Positions 19,901-28,353 of a stretch of DNA of 64,000 bases are shown piece by piece. Origin of the DNA: Candidatus Eiseniibacteriota bacterium (GTDB taxonomy: Bacteria > Eisenbacteria > RBG-16-71-46 > CAIMUX01 > VGJL01); NCBI GenBank assembly GCA_963792585.1, contig CAWBWI010000003.1, positions 96,001 to 160,000 of the forward strand. Reading direction: 5' to 3'. Each line of letters begins with the position of its first letter. The first letter of the stretch is position 1. The notes under the pieces were generated by a model. That model was given only the letters and a program-made list of their open reading frames with translations, was not told the DNA's origin and made no database searches. The position numbers and the translations under genes are program-made.

Positions 19901-20714
19901 CGAGCATGCGGGCCGCCCCGGCCAGGTTCCCGCACGTCGAACGCCAGGTCCCATCACGAACCAGAACATCCGCCACGCGGGGGGAATCCGGGCCGTCGTA
20001 TCGCTCGAAGATCCTCCGCGCCCGATCATAGTCGGCCGCGATGCCGAGCGTGTCGCCGGACGCCTCCCTCGCCGCATTGAGATTCACAATCACGACCGCC
20101 ACCTCGGCGGTCTCCACCCCGATCGCCTTCCGGGCCTCCAGATCGAGCTCGAATTCGTGCTTTGCCTCCGCGTAACGGCGGCTCTGGAAATATGTCGTCG
20201 CCAGATTGTGATGCGCGCGCTCTCTCTCGACATGATTGGGAGGATTGTGGGACTCGATGATCCGGAGTGCCGCTTCAAAGTGTTCGATCGCGGAGTCCAC
20301 GTGATTCCGGTATCTCTCAACGATTCCTGCATATTGGTGCGCATCCGCCAGGAACGCGGACCGTGGCCCAAGGACAGACTTGCTCATTCGAAGGAGTGTC
20401 TCAACGTGGGAGTCGAGCATGGGATCGTCGGTTCGGGACTGCTGAAGTTCGGCCGCCACGAGCACCCTCGTCGCCACCAAGAAGTCGATGGAATCAGCCC
20501 GGTTCTCGAGTCGCGCGGTCGCCAAGAACCGGGTCGCGCGTTGTTCGGCTTCGGCGACCTTGCCACGCTCGAGAAGTTCCTGGAGAGCGCGGGCGCTGTC
20601 AACCGGCGGGGCCGCCCCCACAATGTTCGCGGTCAGCGTCAGGAACCATGGTAACCAACATGCATCTCTCCGCACTGCGCCCAGGACCTTTTCCATTTGC
20701 AGTGGACCGAGCAT
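16904..20714 (-). CDS. TPR-repeat + CHAT (caspase-like) protease, one frameshift near 18064
   Basis: ORFs 17862-20714 (signal-like N-terminus, many TPRs such as SLGPDHPDVA) and 16904-18157 (HVATHGFF, LSACGTG, LWSV, HPYFWGAF) join as ...PYYAAFVV/ISDTRDLRLVPLG... after removing one base. Confidence 0.85.
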
Positions 20715-20817
20715 CTGGCTATCCTTAGCACGTTTCTATGATGAGTACCTCATAGAATGATCGACATCTCGGCTTCACAGACAATAGGATCCAAATGCAC
20801 GGGGAGGAGGCGCGAGG

Positions 20818-21648
20818 ATGACGCAGAGAAGCGCGGGCGCGTCGCGTCCGGGCAGATCCGCCATCACGGCCGTCGTCGGTGCTTGCGCGTTGTTTGGCGC
20901 GCTGGTGCTCGCACCTGAGACCGCGGTAGGCCAGCAAGCGCACCAGGAGTTCCCGGACGGCGTCTGTTTTCCCGTGAACGGGTCGGGCTACATCGTGTCC
21001 GCGTCCAGCAAGTCGCGCACCGACAGAGTCCCCATCGGCCCCTTCAGTGCCGTATTCGAGGGAGACAGCCTCGTGATTGAAGAGGGCACGGTTACCTTCA
21101 TCGATTTCCGCGATCGCCAGCGTTCCGTCTTCGGAAAGGACACCAGACACAGAATCCCGCACGTGGTTGACCCGAATGCGCCCACACGGTGGGAGGAGAT
21201 GAAGCAGCGGCTGACGGAGATCTTCCGGGACCGTCATGGCTACGAAACCAGCGCGTCGCGTGAGGGAGCGTTGAAGGTCTGGCCGGACGACGGGGTGGAG
21301 TTCGCTCCCGATGTGCCGATCATCCTCACCTGGTCGGCGGATACCACTGCATCTGCGATCCAGGTCCGAACCGAGAAGGGTCAGTCCGAGATTCCCATCT
21401 CGGAGTCTGTCGCGACGAGACGAGAGATCGCCTGGACCCCAAGCGAGGTGCCTTCCGGGTCGGTTCAGTGGTCGTTGCTGGATGCCGATGGCGAACCGCT
21501 TCTCACGGGTCGGTTCAATGTTCTCACGGCGAAGCAGGCAGATGAAAAGCGCGAAATGTACCGCGCTCAGGCAGCCGGTGACGGCTCGATGTCGTCGGAA
21601 CTAGGGGCGGTCTTGCGCGCGCTCGCCGACAGATCGTATCTCTGGTGA
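20818..21648 (+). CDS. Exported protein, DUF928-like C-terminal region
   Basis: Signal peptide; C-terminal PIILTW...VQWSL...GRFNVL pattern. Lies between the CHAT and CHASE2 genes, where DUF928 genes usually occur. Family call is tentative. Confidence 0.55.
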   Translation: MTQRSAGASRPGRSAITAVVGACALFGALVLAPETAVGQQAHQEFPDGVCFPVNGSGYIVSASSKSRTDRVPIGPFSAVFEGDSLVIEEGTVTFIDFRDRQRSVFGKDTRHRIPHVVDPNAPTRWEEMKQRLTEIFRDRHGYETSASREGALKVWPDDGVEFAPDVPIILTWSADTTASAIQVRTEKGQSEIPISESVATRREIAWTPSEVPSGSVQWSLLDADGEPLLTGRFNVLTAKQADEKREMYRAQAAGDGSMSSELGAVLRALADRSYLW

Positions 21649-22943
21649 CCGCAGCGGGTCGTCCGCCATCTCGATCGGTTCTCCGGGCGGCGAGAACGCT
21701 GCACACCACAACGGACAAGATCTATGTCTTCAGGCGACTGATCCTCACGTCGTTCCTCGTGACCCTGGCGGTCTTCGGTGCCCGCAAGGCCCATCTGCTC
21801 GACGGCGTAGAGAACCGGTGGCTCGACCTGATGGCGAACGCCGATCGGCCGAGCTTCGACGTCCCCATCGTCGTCGTAGGGATCAGCGACAAGGATTACT
21901 ACGACCCGAGTCTGTTCGGCGGCACGTCACCGCTCGAGCCGGGCGCACTGGGGCGCATGGTGTCGACCGTCCTCGCCCACAAACCGCGTGGAGTGGTCCT
22001 GGACGTGCTGATTCACCCCAGCCCTGGAGAGTCGCCTCAGCGCTCCATCGCTCGAGAAAACCTGTACCGGCTGCTCCTCGATGCCTCCGAATTTCTGCCC
22101 ATTGTCGTGGTCCGCGATCCGGCATCGGAGGCTCTTGAACGCAGGATCGAAGAACCGGGTTGGCGCACCTTCGATGCGCTGACCAAGAATCCCCACCTGA
22201 CCTGCGCGAGTGCCGGCGTCCGGCGGTCACGGGGCTACGTGCGGGCGATTCCCCTACGGTACCAAGATGATGATCCGGCAGTCGGGAACCTCCCCACAGT
22301 CCTCGGCGCCACGGTTACCGCCATGGGGCTCGAATCCGAGCACTCGAGTTCCTGGTTGTTCCGTCGTCATGAGAACGACCCGGTGAAGCCGCGGCGCATT
22401 CGGTTCTCCAAATGCTTCCTCGAGGCGGGAAGCTCCGTGGACCCGCACTACGTGGATTCGGCGTCGCTTCTTTCCCAGGCAGCGATTCCCGGTGCACGCT
22501 CCTTACTCAGGGACCAGATCGTCCTGGTGGGGGGCACATTCCACGCGGGCCGGGACGTGCTTCCCACGGTGGTCGGGGACATGGCGGGTGTCTATGTGTG
22601 GGCGGAAGCAATCGCGTCATGGATCCGAGGCGATGCCTTACGGGAACCGCTCGAGCTGATCTCATTCTTACTCGAGTTCTTCATCGGCGTCTTGGCGGGG
22701 TACTTGCTCGTGCGTTTGGGCCCGTTCTTTGGATTCGTCTCTTCTCTCGCGGTCGTCGGTCCCCTGACGATCTTCTTTTCCCTCCTGACGTTCGGTGATC
22801 GCGTGCAGTTCGTGAACTTCTTACCATCATTCCTCGGGGTCTATTTGCACTATCAGTACTATCAGATAGAGGTTCACTCGGAGATCCGCAGGCTGAAGGC
22901 GGAGATCGCCAGGCTCTCGCCGCCGGTTTCCCCTTCGGAGTAG
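21645..22943 (+). CDS. CHASE2 domain membrane sensor without cytoplasmic output domain
   Basis: N-terminal TM; IVVVGISDKDY, PRGVVLDV, LRDQIVLVGG, DVLPTVVGDMAGVYVWA; three C-terminal TMs. GTGA overlap with the upstream gene. Confidence 0.8.
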   Translation: MTAAGRPPSRSVLRAARTLHTTTDKIYVFRRLILTSFLVTLAVFGARKAHLLDGVENRWLDLMANADRPSFDVPIVVVGISDKDYYDPSLFGGTSPLEPGALGRMVSTVLAHKPRGVVLDVLIHPSPGESPQRSIARENLYRLLLDASEFLPIVVVRDPASEALERRIEEPGWRTFDALTKNPHLTCASAGVRRSRGYVRAIPLRYQDDDPAVGNLPTVLGATVTAMGLESEHSSSWLFRRHENDPVKPRRIRFSKCFLEAGSSVDPHYVDSASLLSQAAIPGARSLLRDQIVLVGGTFHAGRDVLPTVVGDMAGVYVWAEAIASWIRGDALREPLELISFLLEFFIGVLAGYLLVRLGPFFGFVSSLAVVGPLTIFFSLLTFGDRVQFVNFLPSFLGVYLHYQYYQIEVHSEIRRLKAEIARLSPPVSPSE

Positions 22944-22974
22944 GTCGTCGTGGCAGATCCGTCTGGAGGCTCGC

Positions 22975-23286
22975 ATGAAACTCGTCCTCTGTATTTTCGC
23001 GCTATTCGTGCTCTTAGCAGCAATCAGCTGCGCACACCAACCCAAGGTTCCGATGCCGGGAGTCGACGCCGCGCCGGACCAATGGAAGGAGTACTACAAG
23101 GACCAGTTCCGGGCCTTCGGTGACAAGGTGACACCGCCCGACGCACAAGCTTCGCTAGACCAGCGCGTCGCCTATGACGACGCAAAGCGAGCATTCCACC
23201 ACGCGAAGATGGTCGGCGCGGTCGTCGGTGGCTGCGCGCTCCTGATCTCAGTAGCGATCTTCCTGAGTACGATTAGCCAGCTCTAG
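22975..23286 (+). CDS. Small putative lipoprotein
   Basis: MKLVLCIFALFVLLAAISC lipobox-like signal; C-terminal TM; GGAGG RBS. Confidence 0.65.
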   Translation: MKLVLCIFALFVLLAAISCAHQPKVPMPGVDAAPDQWKEYYKDQFRAFGDKVTPPDAQASLDQRVAYDDAKRAFHHAKMVGAVVGGCALLISVAIFLSTISQL

Positions 23287-23665
23287 CGGATCCGATTTCC
23301 TACGACCTGGACCAAGCGGCGCAGCAAGGATGCCTTCCTGTGGCGTAGTTTGCCCTGGAGCTTCACTCTCGTAACCTGGCGTTCCATCTTCACAGAACGT
23401 CATTTCGGGTGCGTGACATGACCCTCAATTTGCCGGACCCGGCGCCTCGAGTGCTCGCCGCCGCACCTGTGCCAGCCCGGGCGAGGAACGGAACGCTCAA
23501 TCTGACGTTTCTACTACCGCGGTACCCATCTCACGCAGTCTTTCTGAGGATTCGGCCAGCGAGATCGACGGCACGAGCCGTCGTTCCCCACCGGGGCCGC
23601 CCCGTGGTATCATCTTCCCGGCGAAACCTGATGAGTGCCGGGCTGCCAGAAGGAGGGCCGCTCCG

Positions 23666-25549
23666 ATGAACCGCTCGCCGCGCCATGGAATCGTGCTCGC
23701 GTCCGTGCTCTTGATGATTCTGATCGCGACTGCCGCCGCACTTCCTGTGGGCCAGGCGCTTGCCGCCCCCGACCCGACTCGCTTTGGGGACAGCCCGCCG
23801 CACCGGATCATCGACAACGACGCGGTGATCGACGCCAACGATGTGCGGATGCTGGTCACCAATCGAGGGACTTTCGGCCGGGATCTTGAAGGACCGGGCG
23901 GACCCGCGGGCACGTTCTACCCGGCGGACACGGACCGAACGTGCATGTACACGGCGGGAGTCTGGGTCGGCGGCAAGGTCGGCCAGGAGATCCGCGTCAC
24001 GGTCGCGGAATACGACCTGGAATACGGGCCCGGTGTGATTCTCCCTGGCGGCGGTTGGTCCGATCCGTCGCTGCCCGAGTACCGGACCTACAAGCTGACG
24101 CCGCTCTCCGGTCCCGGTGATCCAGACTACGACGAGTGGCCCGTCGGGGACGGCGCGCCACTCGATCGAGACGGCCATCCCCTCGTCGTGGGCGACCAGA
24201 CGCTCTGGTCGGTCTTCAATGATGCAAACCCGAATGGCCACACGAACGACGCCGGCTTCACCACCCCGATCGGCGTCGAGGTAAGCCAGCTCACTTACGC
24301 GTTCGCGCTCCCCCATCCTCTGGACAGGGTGATCTTCGTGGACTACCGGCTGATCCACAAAGGGCTGCAGGCGCTCAACCCGGCGTTCGTCGGAATCTAT
24401 ACCGACATCGACCTAGGGAATGGACGCGACGACCTGGCGGGGTGCGATTCGCTCCTCGAGGCCGGCTTCACCATGAACGGCGATGACTTCGATGATGTGT
24501 ACGAAGATCGGCCGCCGACCACCGGGTTCGTCGTCCTGAAGGGACCGGCCCATCTCGCCCATCCGCTCTATGCGGCGATCGACTACGTCAACGGCCAGGA
24601 TCCGACTTCGGCCGACGCATCGTACAATCTGCTGCGGGGATTGAATACGGACGGCACCCCGATGATCGACCCGTACACCAATCGGCCGACTCGCTTCTGG
24701 CACGCCGGGAACTTCGATACCGGCGAAGGCTGGCTGGACTATTGGGTTCAAGATAAGCGGAACCTCCTCAGCATGGGTCCGTTCGCCTTCTCGCCTGGCC
24801 AGGTTGAGTCGGTTCGCGTCGCGTTCGTCGTTGGCGACAAGGACAACTGGATCGGCAGCACGGTCGACATGCTCGACGTGAGCCGGTGCGTGAAGCGCCT
24901 CAACGAGAAGGGCGCGTTCCTGCAGCCGTCGCGCTGGGCGATCGCCGGGTTCTATCCCCAGCCGTTTCATCCGATCGAGGATGCTCCGGGACGGATCTTC
25001 ATCCTCGCCCCCGAGGCGGGGCGGGTCCTGGTGCGCGTGAACGACATGCAGAATCAGCTCGTTCGCTCCTTCCCCGAGCAGGACGTGGCCGCCGGGATCA
25101 ACCCGCTCGAGTGGGACGGCAGGAACGACGGGGGCGCGATCGTCGCGTCGGGGACGTATCGGTTCGACCTGCGCGTCGTGAAGCCGGTGCTGTCGACGCG
25201 GCACCTCATCATCGATTCGGAAGAGATGAGGGTCATGGGAGGTCGCGATGTGGCGGCCGTCTCGGCTCCGGGCTTGCCTGCTGCCGGCGGGCTGAAGGTG
25301 CCGGGGATCGCGCGCGGCGGCGTGTGGATCAGGTTCGACGGGCCTAGTCCCGGTCGAGCTGCGCAGGCGGTCACGATCTATGACCTGGGCGGCCGCGTCA
25401 TCAGCCGACTCGATGTTCCGGTCGGCGAACACGGCGCGTGGTGGGATGCGCGCGATTCGGCGGGGCGAAGGCTGCCGGCGGGCATGTACTTCGTGCGGGC
25501 GGAGGGATCTGAGGCAATGGATGCGCGGAGGACGTTACTCCTGAGGTGA
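23666..25549 (+). CDS. Secreted protein with two FlgD-Ig/T9SS-like C-terminal domains
   Basis: Signal peptide; WDGRNDGGAIVASGTY and IYDLGGRVI...WDARDSAGRRLPAGMYFVR; AGGAGG RBS. Confidence 0.8.
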   Translation: MNRSPRHGIVLASVLLMILIATAAALPVGQALAAPDPTRFGDSPPHRIIDNDAVIDANDVRMLVTNRGTFGRDLEGPGGPAGTFYPADTDRTCMYTAGVWVGGKVGQEIRVTVAEYDLEYGPGVILPGGGWSDPSLPEYRTYKLTPLSGPGDPDYDEWPVGDGAPLDRDGHPLVVGDQTLWSVFNDANPNGHTNDAGFTTPIGVEVSQLTYAFALPHPLDRVIFVDYRLIHKGLQALNPAFVGIYTDIDLGNGRDDLAGCDSLLEAGFTMNGDDFDDVYEDRPPTTGFVVLKGPAHLAHPLYAAIDYVNGQDPTSADASYNLLRGLNTDGTPMIDPYTNRPTRFWHAGNFDTGEGWLDYWVQDKRNLLSMGPFAFSPGQVESVRVAFVVGDKDNWIGSTVDMLDVSRCVKRLNEKGAFLQPSRWAIAGFYPQPFHPIEDAPGRIFILAPEAGRVLVRVNDMQNQLVRSFPEQDVAAGINPLEWDGRNDGGAIVASGTYRFDLRVVKPVLSTRHLIIDSEEMRVMGGRDVAAVSAPGLPAAGGLKVPGIARGGVWIRFDGPSPGRAAQAVTIYDLGGRVISRLDVPVGEHGAWWDARDSAGRRLPAGMYFVRAEGSEAMDARRTLLLR

Positions 25550-25582
25550 CCCTCCCGGGGACGGGGAATGAACAGCACTCAT

Positions 25583-25612
25583 GATCCCGGCGGCTGTCAC
25601 TCCGCCGGGATC
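25583..25612. terminator. Hairpin between convergent genes (putative terminator)
   Basis: Perfect 11-bp stem GATCCCGGCGG/CCGCCGGGATC with an 8-nt loop; no clear U-tract. Confidence 0.5.
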
Positions 25613-25692
25613 GCCTTAATTGCCTCCCGGCCCGCGGTTTCCATTTCCTGCTCGATCTCGACGTAGGATCGGGCGACGAAAGCCCCCCGTGA

Positions 25693-25810
25693 CGCACGAG
25701 GCCCCCAAGGCGCATGACGCCTTCGCGGCGAACGACGTCCTCGGGACGAACGGTCCCTATGGCTCGAACGGTCCCTATGGCTCGAACGGTCCCTACGGCT
25801 CGAACGGCCC
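25693..25810. repeat. 18-bp tandem repeat with polar degeneration
   Basis: CGAACGGTCCCTAYGGCT x3 at 25747-25800 plus a partial copy at 25801. Degenerate in-register units at 25729, 25711 and 25693. Confidence 0.8.
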
Positions 25811-28159
25811 CCTCACTCGCCGGTTGCCCCGGTAGACCAGCAGCGGCGTCCCGTCCCTGCGCCTCCCCAGCTCGTAGCGCAGCGCGTGCGGCGCCGTCCC
25901 TCCGATCTTCACGTGGCCCCTGTGCACGCCATGCTGGTGATGACCATGACAGAGGACGGCGAGGTTGCCCGGATCGTTGCCTCCACCTTGCGAGCGGGGC
26001 TTGATGTGGTGCGTCTCGAGCTGATCGCGCCTCGTGCAGCCAGGGACGACGCACCGGTACCGGTCGCGTTCCAGGATCTTCACCCGCACCGGGACCCGCT
26101 CCGGATCCTGTTGCTCCCAGATCTCCTTCACCTCGGAGAAGAGCATCGCCATCGCTGCCCATTCGGGCATCCGCGGGATCCGGCCCGAGAGCCTCCCGGT
26201 GGGTTTCTCGCGCCGGTATGCCCACAGAACTTGCTTCAGATCGATGTAGGTCTGTCTCGGGAGCGGGAAGCGCGTCCATGTCTCCGCCCGCTGATAGGCT
26301 AACGTTTGCCGGTCCGCTTCGCCGGTCTCCGGGACCTCTTCCCAATGACGGAGCGCGAGGAGCTGGACCATCGTCTCCAGACGATCCATCAAGATGGGGT
26401 TCTCGGCCGGGTCGGTCGATCCGCCGGACGGCAGCGGAGGGATGCCGCGCAGCTGCAGCGACTCCTCGATCGCCTCCCGGTCTCCGCCAAGCGCGGCGAC
26501 AAGGGCTTCCTCGATGTCCCCCTTCGACAGCGGCCGCAGCGCATGCCTGCCGAGGTCGCACGTGCGCATGAGCATCAGCAGGCGGTACTCCCGCTGGAAC
26601 TGCCGCCAGGTGGTCTCTCGCGCGCGCTCGATGAACTCATCGACATCCTCGGTGTGCTTGAGCTGCCGGATCAGGTGCGCCTGCATCGTCGAGATGCGTC
26701 CCGTCGCGAAGGCGCGTTCCATCGCCGCGCTGCCCTCGAACATCAGCGACTCGGCCACCCGGTTGCGCGCCGAGCGCTCGGAGATCTTCAGCAGGTCCTC
26801 GACCATCCGGGCCACGGAGGAATAGCCGAGCAGCTCCACCGCCCCGACACGGCGGAGGTCGCGGATCAGGTGCGCGAGAAGCACCTTCCCGGGGGCGCGG
26901 AGCAGTTGGATCTGGCGCAGGATCAGGAGCGCTTCCTCCGGTGACCCCGGCTCCTCGGTTCGATCGATCTGCTCGACGTCCTCGAGGTACTCGGCCACGA
27001 GGGCGAGGGTCTGTCTGGCATGCGCGATCGCCTCGGGACGGACGGGGATGGCCACCGGCGGACGTCTCTCGATGACCGGACCCAGCGCGGGCCGCCTCGG
27101 AGGCGGGCCGTCCCCGCCTATCCCCGGCCAGGCGACCTCGGCAAGCATCGCCTCGATGCACTCGTGGATGGGCGCCTCGTGGCCGAGGACCATGCGGGTG
27201 TGCTCCATCATCTCGTCGAAGGAGACCTGGAAACCGAGGGGGTGCTTGAAGGCGAAGGGGACCATCTCGGGGTCGTCGCAGTGTTCATCCACGAAAATCG
27301 AATCGGGCACCGGGGCCTCATCCCCATCGCGTTCCCATAGCTCCTTTTCCAGCGCCGCCAAAGCTCCGGCCGACATCGACTCCTCATCCTCCGTGCAGGC
27401 GATTTCCCCCCTCTGCCCCGCCTCCGCCCGCCTGCGGGCGCGCTCTTCTTCGCTTCGCGCCCGATAGCGGAGCTGGTCCACGGGGACCGCGCTAATCCTC
27501 TCGATGAATGCTCGAATCAACTCGTCAGGAACGGGAAGCGCCTCGATGAGCCGGGCGATGTAGGGGAGCTGGCAGGCGCTGATCCCGCCACCGAGGAAGG
27601 CCCGTTCGAGCTCGGGGTGCTTCGCGAGCACGCGGTGCAAGGCAAGGCGGGATCGGGTCGTGCGCGGCCGCAGGCCGAGCGTCTCGAGGGCGAGGCTGCT
27701 GATGGAGGAGAAACCGCAGCGCTGCACGCGCCCTCCCTCGGAGAGCCAGGCGAGCATGCGCGCTTGCGAGCGGACGAATCGTGCCTCGGCGTGACGCGTG
27801 GAGAGGGTCGCCGCAGTGAGCGAGCGAACCAGCGTGGCGCTGGCGAGGGTGGGTCCAGCGGGCTGCGTAGCGGGCCGAGTAGCAGGCTCCTGAACGGGCT
27901 GGTGAACAGGCGGGAAAGAGGGCGATGCGATAGAAGTCGATGGGGCGGCAGCGAGCGCGGAGTCCTCGGCGCGCGGCGATGCGATGGAAGTCGATGAGAC
28001 GCCATCCCCCGCGGACTCCTCGGCGTGCGACGATGCGTCCCCGGAGCGCGCAGCATCGTCCGCCCCGTAACGAGGAGTGTCCTCGCGACAGGTCCACGCG
28101 TGCGGGAACCCGCGCTCCACGGGGCTTTCCGGTGGGTATGTAAGGATGGTGGCGGCCAT
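25793..28159 (-). CDS. HNH endonuclease with two DUF222-like regions
   Basis: C-terminal RDRYRCVVPGC...HHIKPRSQGG...NLAVLCHGHH. Two internal units G(F/Y)SS...ERAF..G.IS. Confidence 0.8.
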   Translation of the reverse strand: MAATILTYPPESPVERGFPHAWTCREDTPRYGADDAARSGDASSHAEESAGDGVSSTSIASPRAEDSALAAAPSTSIASPSFPPVHQPVQEPATRPATQPAGPTLASATLVRSLTAATLSTRHAEARFVRSQARMLAWLSEGGRVQRCGFSSISSLALETLGLRPRTTRSRLALHRVLAKHPELERAFLGGGISACQLPYIARLIEALPVPDELIRAFIERISAVPVDQLRYRARSEEERARRRAEAGQRGEIACTEDEESMSAGALAALEKELWERDGDEAPVPDSIFVDEHCDDPEMVPFAFKHPLGFQVSFDEMMEHTRMVLGHEAPIHECIEAMLAEVAWPGIGGDGPPPRRPALGPVIERRPPVAIPVRPEAIAHARQTLALVAEYLEDVEQIDRTEEPGSPEEALLILRQIQLLRAPGKVLLAHLIRDLRRVGAVELLGYSSVARMVEDLLKISERSARNRVAESLMFEGSAAMERAFATGRISTMQAHLIRQLKHTEDVDEFIERARETTWRQFQREYRLLMLMRTCDLGRHALRPLSKGDIEEALVAALGGDREAIEESLQLRGIPPLPSGGSTDPAENPILMDRLETMVQLLALRHWEEVPETGEADRQTLAYQRAETWTRFPLPRQTYIDLKQVLWAYRREKPTGRLSGRIPRMPEWAAMAMLFSEVKEIWEQQDPERVPVRVKILERDRYRCVVPGCTRRDQLETHHIKPRSQGGGNDPGNLAVLCHGHHQHGVHRGHVKIGGTAPHALRYELGRRRDGTPLLVYRGNRRVRGPFEP

Positions 28160-28175
28160 CAGGAGTGTATACTAA

Positions 28176-28234
28176 CAAACAAACGTTCGGTTCCACAAGA
28201 ACAAACTGCAAAATGCGAAAGAAATATACGTTCG
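28176..28234. promoter_or_regulatory. Two LexA/SOS-box-like sites in the AT-rich promoter of the HNH gene
   Basis: CAAACAAACGTTCG (28176-28189) and GAAATATACGTTCG (28221-28234) compared with the GAAC-N4-GTTC consensus. Confidence 0.5.
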
Positions 28235-28353
28235 GACGAAGCGATGAGCAACAGATCAGTCTGAGGACATGGGTAACACCTACACGTTCCAAGAATGGCA
28301 GCGATACCGGGCGCTTCTCAACCAGCAGCCATCAGCGATCCCCGATCTGATCC

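Noticed and set aside
23617..23642. Hairpin CCCGGC-GAAAC-CTGATGAG-T-GCCGGG containing both hammerhead ribozyme core words
   Set aside because: GAAAC abuts CTGATGA directly, so stems I and III and the cleavage triplet are missing. It cannot form a hammerhead and is treated as a plain leader hairpin unless an Rfam search says otherwise.
25693..25810. Possible CRISPR array
   Set aside because: Units are contiguous 18-mers without unique spacers, and no cas genes are present.
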